The position numbers and the translations under genes were made by a program. A DNA stretch of 31,061 nt, from positions 1 to 31,061 of the IMG/VR virus record IMGVR_UViG_3300048880_000152; one strand, given 5' to 3'. Shown here in pieces: positions 18,701 through 25,748 of this stretch. The notes under the pieces are model-generated. The model was not told the origin of the DNA. It saw only the letters and a program-made list of their open reading frames with translations, and searched no databases. This DNA is from a virus (taxonomy: Duplodnaviria > Caudoviricetes). The first letter of the stretch is position 1; every line of letters starts with the position of its first letter.

Positions 18701-21700
18701 GGACGCCAAGGGCGAGCTATCGGCAGGCCACGTTAGACCTTCCGCTAAAGTAGATGGAAAGTTCGAGGGAACGTTTCTTTCGGACAAAGTGATCGACGTC
18801 GTCGAGCAAGCGGGGGGGTGGAACAAGGAACAGATTGGTCTTCTTAGAGACTTAAACGAGAAACTGAAGTCCGGCGAAGGGAATGAGTTTTTAATCTCTT
18901 ACTTCAAGGCGACGACCAAAGGCGGTCGGAAATACGTTAACGCCAAAGTCGAACATTTGACCGAAGTCCCCTACGGGATTGAAATCACGAAGGCGGGCAA
19001 CATCAACTTTCGCACCGTTTCCATCGACCAACTCGTCAAGAACGTCGAGAAACTGGTCAGGACGCAGAAGGCCGAGGTAAGTCGCCTGTACGGGTCTGAC
19101 GAGGCCCTCGCAAAGGATTTAATCCTAGACGACTTGGATACTTACCACCGCAACCACGCCGCAGGACGACCCGGAGCGACTGGACTTCATGCCGACCCTC
19201 AAACTGCCGAGGCAAGGCGCAACCTGCTGAACTCGGCGTTCGGCGAAGGCCGCAAAGGCCAACTTGACGCCAACCCTTGGCTTGCCGGTCTTACGGGAAG
19301 TAAGGCCACTAGACCCGTCTACCGTTCTCGCCGTATCGAACGCATCGGCAAAGTGGTACAACTTTCGGGCAAGAGGCCAATCTCTTACGAGAAGATTGCC
19401 GAGAACTTCATGCCCCGCCGCCGCAGTCCCGACGACACGATTCCGCTGCCATTCCCCGAACTGCCCGGCGACATACCCGGCGAAGGATTCGCCCGCATGG
19501 TCGACGTCGGGAAGACCAAGTCGGAGCTGGCCGAGGCCGCCAGGTTGGCGGACGAGCAGAAGGGCTGGCGCGCAGGCAACGTCAGGACGCCGGATGCGTA
19601 TGGGCGGGACAAGCTGTTTATGCCGGCCGCCGAGGCAGGCGCTCCGAAGGGGAAAGAGAAATGGTCCGCCGAACAATGGCGGAAGAAAGGAACGGATTCG
19701 CCGTTCTTCCGGGCGTGGTTCGGAAAGTCGAAAACGCTCGAATATCAAGGGACTGGCGGCAAAACCCCGCTCCCGTGGATTCATCATGGATCACTCGGGC
19801 AGGGCGGCCCGGAAAGCATGATCCCGGGGACTCCCAGCCGAGGAGGCGGCTTCATAAGGGCCATATGGCTTTCACAACCAAATCCTCGGGGAGATGCTGG
19901 GAAAGTCCCAACCGGCCACGCCGACCGCGGACCTATGACCCTCCTTTATGCTCGGGCTAATAAAATCTGGGACTGGAGAAATGATGCTCACTTGAACGCG
20001 CTCGCCAAACGCCTTTCGGCGGAGGCCGAAAAAAACAATTTCAAATGGGACGCCGAGAATTGGAAAACCATAGTCCGCGATGAGAGTGGAAGCGCCGCCC
20101 ATCTAAACGATTTTGTTTCGGACATAAAAGCTCTCGGCTTCGATGCCGCCCAAATCGGCGACCGGGGCGAACTAGTGATTTTCGACGCCGCAAAAAACGT
20201 GAAGTCGGCGGACAACCGAGGGACGTTTTCCCCGTCCGAAGGGAACATTCTTTTTATGCCGGCCGAAAGCAAGGGCCAGCAGAAGAAAATTCTACTGCGG
20301 ACGAAGCAAGAAATGAGCGATGCGGTGGACAGTCTCGCCGCCCAGCGGGGCATAAGCCGGAACGATGCTCTGAACGAACTCCTGAACTCGGCCCTGCTCG
20401 ACCCTCAGAGGCCAGTGGGCAAGCGGTCTGAAAGTGATATCACATTGGCTTTGACGCCGGAAGAGAATGCCCTGCTCGAAAAAACGGGAATTGGCCCGGA
20501 AGAGAGCGCCGAATACAAGGCGGCAATCGCAAAAAGACGGGCGATTTCAGAACGCGAAATAGGCGTTAAAAATAGACTTTATATGCCGGCCGACCGCGCA
20601 CTCGGACTTCCGGACAATATTCGGGACGATGTATTGCCCGGAATAAAGCAGGACAAATTTAGCCGGGCGCAGCTTGAAGCGGCCCTATTGAAATCGGCAG
20701 GCTCGAAAGCCTACGCCGAGGAGATCGGCCTAATGGACTGGCTGAAGGACCGCAAGAGCGTAACGAAGGGCGAGGTGGACGCCTTCGTCGCCGAGAACGC
20801 TCCTAGGCTGCTGGAGTACGTCCGCGATGATAGGAGGGACATGCCGTCTCCGAAATTCTCCGACTCCCAAGAACCGGGCGGGACGAATTACCGTGAAATA
20901 GTTGTTAAGCTGCCGGTCGAGGCTTTAAATAAACCCGAATTGCGGAAAGTAGCAAAACTCGAACAGGAGGCCGAGCTGCATCGCGTTGCCCGGAAGGAAG
21001 CGGAGGCCGAGGGAGATAGAATTCTTAGCAATGAAATAGCCCACGAACAAAGTGCGATAAATAATAGAATCGAAAACCTTAAAACTGGAAAAACATTCAA
21101 AGATGATATTCACTTCGGAGACAACGTCCTGCTCTGGCTTCGCCTGAACGACCGCATCGATGCGGGCGGCAAGAAGGTACTCTTCATCGAGGAACTGCAA
21201 TCCAATTGGCATCAGAAGGGCCGCAAAGAGGGGTATGCGAAGCGGGGGGAGCTTGGGGAAATCCCAGACGCCCCCTTCAAGAAGAACTGGCCGGCCCTCG
21301 GCCTCAAGCGGACAATCCGCGAAGCCCTCGAAAACGGCTATGACCGAATCGCATGGTTGGACGGCGAGGGGCAGGCGGCGAGGTATGACTTGAGTAGACA
21401 GGTGGAGGCGATTGCAGTCCCAGTAGTTGGGTCGAGTAGCAGATCGGTGCGGATTGATTCGAAGGACGGCAATTCATTCAAATTGAATGTCGATGCTAAT
21501 GGAAAGGTAAAAGGACTTTATCCCGCCGAACAGTTTACCGGGAAGCAACTCGACGAAGTAATTGGCAAAGAGTTAGCTAAAAAAGTCATGGCCTTTGAAT
21601 CTCCCAATAGTTTAACTGGACTCGACCTCAAGGTAGGCGGCGAGGGCATGAAGTCCTTCTATGACCGCGAACTCGTCTCCATCGCCAACAAGATTTCAAA

Positions 21701-23372
21701 GAAGATAGGCGGCGGGAAGGTCAGGCGGGAGACAATCCCGAGCGCTCCACCACTAAGAACTCTTCCCATCTCCCACGTCCTCGACCTCCCGAAGAATCCG
21801 CAGGCCGTTGAGAACCTCCGACTCTACATGCCAGCCCAGAAAGCCCCGTCCGACTCCCGAGTCCCGACCATCCTGCGGGACTTACCGGCGAAGGGCAGGG
21901 GAGCGGGGAAGGCTTTTATGCCGGCCGCAAAGCCGGAGAGCGTGTCGCCGAATACGGTCCAATCATGGGACGTCGATCCGAGCTTTCCGGGGAAGTACAC
22001 AAGAGGGCAGGCCAAGAGCAACGACGACGTCGGCAAACTCTTTCAGGAGAAATACGTCGAGAAATACGGCGAGCCTATCGACCCTTACGACTATACTCCG
22101 GAAACGACCGGCTGGCTGGGCGGCATGTTGTACGACGAGGCGAAAGTCGCATTGGCCAGAGCCGGCAATGCGGTGGACTGGTACACGAAGGCAGTCGCCG
22201 AGGCCATGACGATAGCCGAGGAAATCTTTCCCGAAATAAAGACTTCAGCCGCCGCCAAGGACAACTTTCTAGGGGCATTGGCAATTACCAGCCAGAACAT
22301 GCGAGTTCTGGACAACGCCAGAGCCGCAGTCCACCAGTACGACTACAAGCAGAAGCACGGCGTGTTCGACTATAAGAAGAAGCACGGCGGCAAGGCGAAG
22401 ATGATTACCGAGAATCTTCGGATGTTCGATGAGATGGAATCGAGGATGACAGACTTTTCCGACTTTTTGGACACTGACTTTACCGTCAAGGAATTGACCG
22501 AGTTCGGCCAGAAATTCTTCGGCAAAGAAAAATTTACCATCGAGGGACGAATCAACGATCAAGTAAAAGGCTCTGCGGTCTTCGGGCCGAAGATCGGGCA
22601 AGGATTTTTCCAGAATTTAAAAGGCAACTACCTTCCCGTTACTATCGACCTCTGGCTGCGGCGTACCTTTGGACGTCTCACGGGCCGATCCGTATCGATT
22701 AAACTGAAACGCGACGACATCGGCAGACTCATTTATTCCCATCGCAAGAACAAAGGGAAGCGGAAGGCGAAGGATTTTGAACTTCCGGAGTTTTTGGAGA
22801 AGCTCCAAATAACGGGCGGATTCACAAAAGACGGCAGAATGAATTTTAAGATTTCCGAAAGCGCGTTCGAGCGGCTTTTCGGGGAGCATGGGCAGGGCAT
22901 GGCCAACGCCGAGATAGTATTCGACCTGACCAAACGGCTGGCGAAGGACTGGAGCCGGGAATATAGCACTACCGACCGAGCAGTCGCCAAATTGAAGGCG
23001 GAACTGGCCAGCCGGAAGAAAGCCGGCCTGCCGGTCAAGCAGACGACTGCGAGGCTGGAAAAGGCGGAGGCGGCTAAAGCGAAGCTGCTGGAAGAAAAAC
23101 CCCTCTGGGCATTTGCTTCGTCGTCGATCAGCGGAAAGCTAAAGCCCATCGACATCCCGACTGCGCAGGAGCGGACGGTCATCGTGGACGCCTTCAACGT
23201 CGCCCTGAAGAAACTAAAGGCCGAGGGGTATGACTTGACTCCGGCGGACCTTCAGGCTACTTTATGGTATCCGGAAAAGGATATATGGGCCTTCCTCAAG
23301 GGCGACAAAGCCGAATCCCTAAACCTGTCATACGATAAAGCGATGGAGATTATTCGCGATGAAAGACGTTAA
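15783..23372 (+). CDS. Giant internal virion/polyvalent protein (2529 aa): hydrophobic N-terminal part, HExxH metallopeptidase motif, ART-like, ribbon-helix-helix-like and further modules
   Basis: Uninterrupted 7.6-kb ORF and last large gene of the virion operon. HEIIH at 17886-17900; F.AWFG.SK...HHG...VKSA.NRGTF module; six [F/Y]MP motifs. Confidence 0.8.
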   Translation: MAASPYPVASPLTQEDFNYLEAASRPAMPLSLEDMTSSYELFKTLKKEGAFKGNVAKAEGVIDTGVEAGKMIWEGGSHLLSDIFSWDEDEGGNVTALGMLPYWGRDAFRRVTGGRTNQQIAEAEATAQQTGGNVLLNWKHLKAGGGRVIDRMMEDDDSEEDLQSSYKYWKRVAELEKQRAGVAVEYAKDDDWKTAGMQPEIVELMASGKATPDQKAAMGGSLIMDPINWIPFGVATKALGVGGRGTLTGANRALIQDTLKMISQQRALEQVVKAAPGSVQGWRVGGRAGLQAGREAVRAGEAIQVLERKIAENAVKLAPIAKKRDIGLRAFAEGLEEGSPARLMIENALEGVPIKSSAPLAATVVGGATVAAGKTAENIGSVLDFLSTIAPETAITLLGKFGMSEIDAVSLMSGSASKWGMRGAAGAGAFALLGADEDDVLLAMATALGPAFLSRYGRDMALAGREMMKAEQYLPYFRRLRSTNPERLIDQAIDRTTLGSTYGSSFRRSYGAAEGGLKRRAFGLTDETGAIGRLGPGSAALARFLDDSKLGRVAETGGRIGAATIPAAGIGAGFGYVAGGGEDIDPTLQGLGMGLTLGMGGAAFGHFRRFDNPAQLVKARYGDWLHFKDNYLPAGQKEAYFKMPREKQLAMASMQLRHPDLVMHFENKGKDGSPGHHYVEDQTSHIAINVDSPRALEFVLSHEIIHDIDKRGGMQKFDDILLGNPLTEQPGVYTERVTPETKSKYPDLEIGEPILIGEAGSPTNPRRYKTNSDFEALRKDYGEQIGATEGAEGVVMTDHRTVREIVGEHGPDFLLKDKRRYRDLHEGPLGAMMRTLMETELVQNRPLLKNLIGILGGGFRPEGPLMADNAIFRKLRRTPAVTELIRKYNRKLEGLDPETRAKKFPLPESENTFEVKGADFAKHPGLQDLLRAGTFFRVNQDGTLSTSHAMTPRERNKYDKSFSEALKAAIEAADAKGELSAGHVRPSAKVDGKFEGTFLSDKVIDVVEQAGGWNKEQIGLLRDLNEKLKSGEGNEFLISYFKATTKGGRKYVNAKVEHLTEVPYGIEITKAGNINFRTVSIDQLVKNVEKLVRTQKAEVSRLYGSDEALAKDLILDDLDTYHRNHAAGRPGATGLHADPQTAEARRNLLNSAFGEGRKGQLDANPWLAGLTGSKATRPVYRSRRIERIGKVVQLSGKRPISYEKIAENFMPRRRSPDDTIPLPFPELPGDIPGEGFARMVDVGKTKSELAEAARLADEQKGWRAGNVRTPDAYGRDKLFMPAAEAGAPKGKEKWSAEQWRKKGTDSPFFRAWFGKSKTLEYQGTGGKTPLPWIHHGSLGQGGPESMIPGTPSRGGGFIRAIWLSQPNPRGDAGKVPTGHADRGPMTLLYARANKIWDWRNDAHLNALAKRLSAEAEKNNFKWDAENWKTIVRDESGSAAHLNDFVSDIKALGFDAAQIGDRGELVIFDAAKNVKSADNRGTFSPSEGNILFMPAESKGQQKKILLRTKQEMSDAVDSLAAQRGISRNDALNELLNSALLDPQRPVGKRSESDITLALTPEENALLEKTGIGPEESAEYKAAIAKRRAISEREIGVKNRLYMPADRALGLPDNIRDDVLPGIKQDKFSRAQLEAALLKSAGSKAYAEEIGLMDWLKDRKSVTKGEVDAFVAENAPRLLEYVRDDRRDMPSPKFSDSQEPGGTNYREIVVKLPVEALNKPELRKVAKLEQEAELHRVARKEAEAEGDRILSNEIAHEQSAINNRIENLKTGKTFKDDIHFGDNVLLWLRLNDRIDAGGKKVLFIEELQSNWHQKGRKEGYAKRGELGEIPDAPFKKNWPALGLKRTIREALENGYDRIAWLDGEGQAARYDLSRQVEAIAVPVVGSSSRSVRIDSKDGNSFKLNVDANGKVKGLYPAEQFTGKQLDEVIGKELAKKVMAFESPNSLTGLDLKVGGEGMKSFYDRELVSIANKISKKIGGGKVRRETIPSAPPLRTLPISHVLDLPKNPQAVENLRLYMPAQKAPSDSRVPTILRDLPAKGRGAGKAFMPAAKPESVSPNTVQSWDVDPSFPGKYTRGQAKSNDDVGKLFQEKYVEKYGEPIDPYDYTPETTGWLGGMLYDEAKVALARAGNAVDWYTKAVAEAMTIAEEIFPEIKTSAAAKDNFLGALAITSQNMRVLDNARAAVHQYDYKQKHGVFDYKKKHGGKAKMITENLRMFDEMESRMTDFSDFLDTDFTVKELTEFGQKFFGKEKFTIEGRINDQVKGSAVFGPKIGQGFFQNLKGNYLPVTIDLWLRRTFGRLTGRSVSIKLKRDDIGRLIYSHRKNKGKRKAKDFELPEFLEKLQITGGFTKDGRMNFKISESAFERLFGEHGQGMANAEIVFDLTKRLAKDWSREYSTTDRAVAKLKAELASRKKAGLPVKQTTARLEKAEAAKAKLLEEKPLWAFASSSISGKLKPIDIPTAQERTVIVDAFNVALKKLKAEGYDLTPADLQATLWYPEKDIWAFLKGDKAESLNLSYDKAMEIIRDERR

Positions 23373-23529
23373 GAAAAAACCCGCCATCTACAATTTCAGT
23401 CATGAAGACGGCATCGCGCATCAGATGTCGGAGAAGCAGCGGACCGGTTTTATTGATGCTCTGGACAAACTCCATCAGAAAAAGATTCGAGCTAAAAAAG
23501 CGCGGGGAAGAAAAGACTCGACTGCCTAG
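23359..23529 (+). CDS. Small basic protein (56 aa, MKDVKKKPAIYNFSHEDGIAHQMSEKQRTGFIDALDKLHQKKIRAKKARGRKDSTA)
   Basis: Translated by hand. GGAG 10 nt before the ATG, overlaps the end of the giant gene, and its TAG lies within the RNA element below. Confidence 0.55.
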   Translation: MKDVKKKPAIYNFSHEDGIAHQMSEKQRTGFIDALDKLHQKKIRAKKARGRKDSTA

Positions 23530-23566
23530 CGGCAGGACGCCGGTGCGACTCCGGCCTTCTCCACCA
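23504..23566 (+). ncRNA. Minimal tmRNA-like RNA: tRNA-like domain only, no mRNA-like domain
   Basis: Acceptor GGGGAAG/CTTCTCC with G3-U70, discriminator A and encoded CCA. Stemless D-loop AAAAGACTCGA, helix CTGCC/GGCAG closed by TAGC, GAC linker, T-arm GCCGG-TGCGACT-CCGGC. Confidence 0.8.
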
Positions 23567-23758
23567 TTGCCCGATCCAGCCGAGCGAATTACCTCGGCTA
23601 AACAAGCCCATAATTAGGCTCTAAATTCGGCGCGGAGTTATGCCCGGAAAGCTATTTCGATAGCGTCAGTTCTGTCCTGTAATGGCAAATAACTGTAGTT
23701 TAGGCTTGTGAAGGGGCAACTTTTGGCTAGTCTTTGTCGCAAGCGGTATTTAAGCAGT

Positions 23759-24142
23759 ATGACTACGAAGAAAAGAGAAAACGCCAACGACTGGAAAGTG
23801 ATCATTTCATTCGAGGGGGAAACGAGAACGGCCTTCGCGAAGCATGAGTTACTGCTCAGAGTGAAATTTGCGGAGGCGGTCAAGCGTAACTGGAAGGAAT
23901 CGGCACTGATGCGATTCGATGAGGCCGAGCGACTCGATGCCTCCACTTGGTACGGGAAGACGTATACCTCCAGCGGAAAGCTACTAGAATATAAAGTGAT
24001 CTGGCGAGTCGATCTAATCAAGCAAGCAGCCGCTCGTCTAGGGGCTTTGGGAGGAGCCGCAGGCCGAGGAAAGGCAAAAAGGCGAGGGAACTCCGAATAT
24101 TACAAAAGGTTGAGAGCAAAGCAAAACAAGAGGAAAAGCTAA
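23759..24142 (+). CDS. Hypothetical basic protein (127 aa)
   Basis: Probable start ATG 23759. C-terminal AAARLGALGGAAGRGKAKRR...YYKRLR basic segment. Confidence 0.65.
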   Translation: MTTKKRENANDWKVIISFEGETRTAFAKHELLLRVKFAEAVKRNWKESALMRFDEAERLDASTWYGKTYTSSGKLLEYKVIWRVDLIKQAAARLGALGGAAGRGKAKRRGNSEYYKRLRAKQNKRKS

Positions 24143-24384
24143 TGAAGCATGATAAGATAATTAGCGAGAGTTAGCCTCAGAATAAGTTTAACTTTTAAAA
24201 TAAGAGGGAAGAGCATTAAATCTTGAACGGAAGTCAAATGTGTCCAGTCTCAGCTATCGTAAGCCACATCCACCTAATTGAGGACAGGCTGGACATTAGG
24301 TTCGCACTATATGCATTATTTGAAGAAAATCTAAATTTTGTGTGAATAACTTTCGTTCAGTCTGTCTTCGGAAAAACCATCCGA
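24143..24384. promoter_or_regulatory. AT-rich intergenic region before the replication module (candidate promoter or origin)
   Basis: Long gap without a credible gene, visibly AT-rich. Contains TGaTAAGAT (24150-24158) and an imperfect inverted repeat 24241-24250/24286-24295. Confidence 0.4.
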
Positions 24385-24576
24385 ATGACAGAAGACACAA
24401 CCCAGACCCAGAAGCCCCTATTAATAACACGGCAGGAGACGATGACTCTCCTCCAGTGCGGACCACGTACCCTATCACGTTGGGCCGCCAAATTCAAATT
24501 TGCGAAGCTCGGGCGGAATTTCGTCCGGGCTGACGTCGAAAAGAAGATTGCCGCCCTCGCCGAGGGGGCGGCGTGA
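24385..24576 (+). CDS. Helix-turn-helix DNA-binding protein (excisionase/MerR-like)
   Basis: LITRQETMTLLQCGPRTLSRW...RNFVRADVE pattern. Confidence 0.7.
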   Translation: MTEDTTQTQKPLLITRQETMTLLQCGPRTLSRWAAKFKFAKLGRNFVRADVEKKIAALAEGAA

Positions 24577-25028
24577 GGATAACGCTCGCTTCCGATCCCG
24601 GCAAGTCCGGAGGCTACGCCGTGGCATTCGGCTCGCTCGACAAGGTAGAGCTTTACCCGTGGAGCGAGGAGGACGAGTTCCTCGCCTACCTAGACGAGCT
24701 TTTCAACTACGAGGATTCAAAAGGAATCGAGGCAGTCGTCGAGCTAGTCCCGCCCTTCGTCGGCAAGGCGATTCCCGGCTCCGCCGCCTTCAAGCTCGGA
24801 TATAATTATGGATTCATCTGCGGCTCGATTCGAGCCAATCGGATTCCTCTTATACTCTGCCGCCCGCAGGAGTGGCAAAAAGGACTGCCGGGCTTGCAGG
24901 GCATTACAGGCAATCCTCGAAAGAAAAAGCTTCGCGATCATGCGGTCAGACTCTTTCCGAGCCTCAAAGGCGTAACGCTGAAGACATGCGATGCCCTGCT
25001 CATCCTCAACCATCATCTTTCACACTAA
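24573..25028 (+). CDS. RuvC-like Holliday junction resolvase
   Basis: DPGKSGG.A, VE.V, SAAFKLGYNYG, RPQEWQK and DALLI motifs. Confidence 0.85.
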   Translation: MRITLASDPGKSGGYAVAFGSLDKVELYPWSEEDEFLAYLDELFNYEDSKGIEAVVELVPPFVGKAIPGSAAFKLGYNYGFICGSIRANRIPLILCRPQEWQKGLPGLQGITGNPRKKKLRDHAVRLFPSLKGVTLKTCDALLILNHHLSH

Positions 25029-25051
25029 ACCTATAACTAAACATAAAAAAA

Positions 25052-25675
25052 ATGGCTATATTAACACAAACAACATCCTCGGACGGCCCCATTACGGGAT
25101 GGCCGGTCGAAGGACTCGCAACGCCGGGTCAGCACGTCGTCATCTGTCTAGCGACGAAAGACACGCTTGGGCATACTCGCCCGACCTACGAAAACCCCGA
25201 GGTCATGGAAACTCTCGACATGACGAGATTCTTGTTCGGCCTGCCTGACGGGTCGATGATTCAAACCGGGGAGATGAAAATCAGCTCGCATGAAAAGAGC
25301 CGGCTAATCGGATTCCTGACAGGCTGGCTTGCCGGCCCGCCGGTAATGGATGGAAGCTGGGACTACGTAGTAATGATCGGGAAGGGGGCGACGATTACCA
25401 TCGTCCATAAAGTGTCCCAGAAAGGTCGGACCTACGCCGACATCGCGAGCATATCTCCCGTGATGGAGCAGCTCGCCGGCCAAGTGCCGCAAATGGCGAG
25501 CTTCCAGATTCCCGCTTCATCGGCGGAAGTACCTGCCGCCCAGCCTACCCCTGTTCAGCCTGTCCAACAGGCCGCCCCTGTTCAGCAGGTTCAGCCTGCC
25601 CCGCAGGCCCAACCGCAAGTTCAAACCCAGCAGACGGCTCCCGGCTTCACGCAAGTCCAATCGCCTCCGTTCTGA
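25052..25675 (+). CDS. Putative single-stranded DNA-binding protein
   Basis: OB-fold-like N-terminal domain (GK.ATITI.H...GRTYA.I.SI.P), Gln/Pro-rich tail ending PF, replication context. Confidence 0.6.
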   Translation: MAILTQTTSSDGPITGWPVEGLATPGQHVVICLATKDTLGHTRPTYENPEVMETLDMTRFLFGLPDGSMIQTGEMKISSHEKSRLIGFLTGWLAGPPVMDGSWDYVVMIGKGATITIVHKVSQKGRTYADIASISPVMEQLAGQVPQMASFQIPASSAEVPAAQPTPVQPVQQAAPVQQVQPAPQAQPQVQTQQTAPGFTQVQSPPF

Positions 25676-25748
25676 TGCGTAGATTCATCCGAAAAACAAT
25701 CCACCGGCTGCTCGTAATTCGGCGAGCGGTCAGGGAGGCACTCCGACC

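Noticed and set aside
19583-19598. CAGGACGCCGG match to the mini-tmRNA T-arm region
   Set aside because: An 11-nt GC-rich match inside a coding region with no partner stems; likely chance.
23504-23566. Canonical tRNA-Ala
   Set aside because: No D-stem and no 7-nt anticodon loop. The junction sequences match tmRNA rather than tRNA.
23535-23566. Simple attP copy of a host ssrA 3' end
   Set aside because: The complementary 5' acceptor strand and D-loop are also present and no integrase is adjacent. Not fully excluded, since the genome continues outside the window.
23402-23617. 71-aa ORF from the track spanning the RNA element
   Set aside because: No clear RBS and no protein-like features. The alternative frame 23359-23529 is coupled to the upstream gene.
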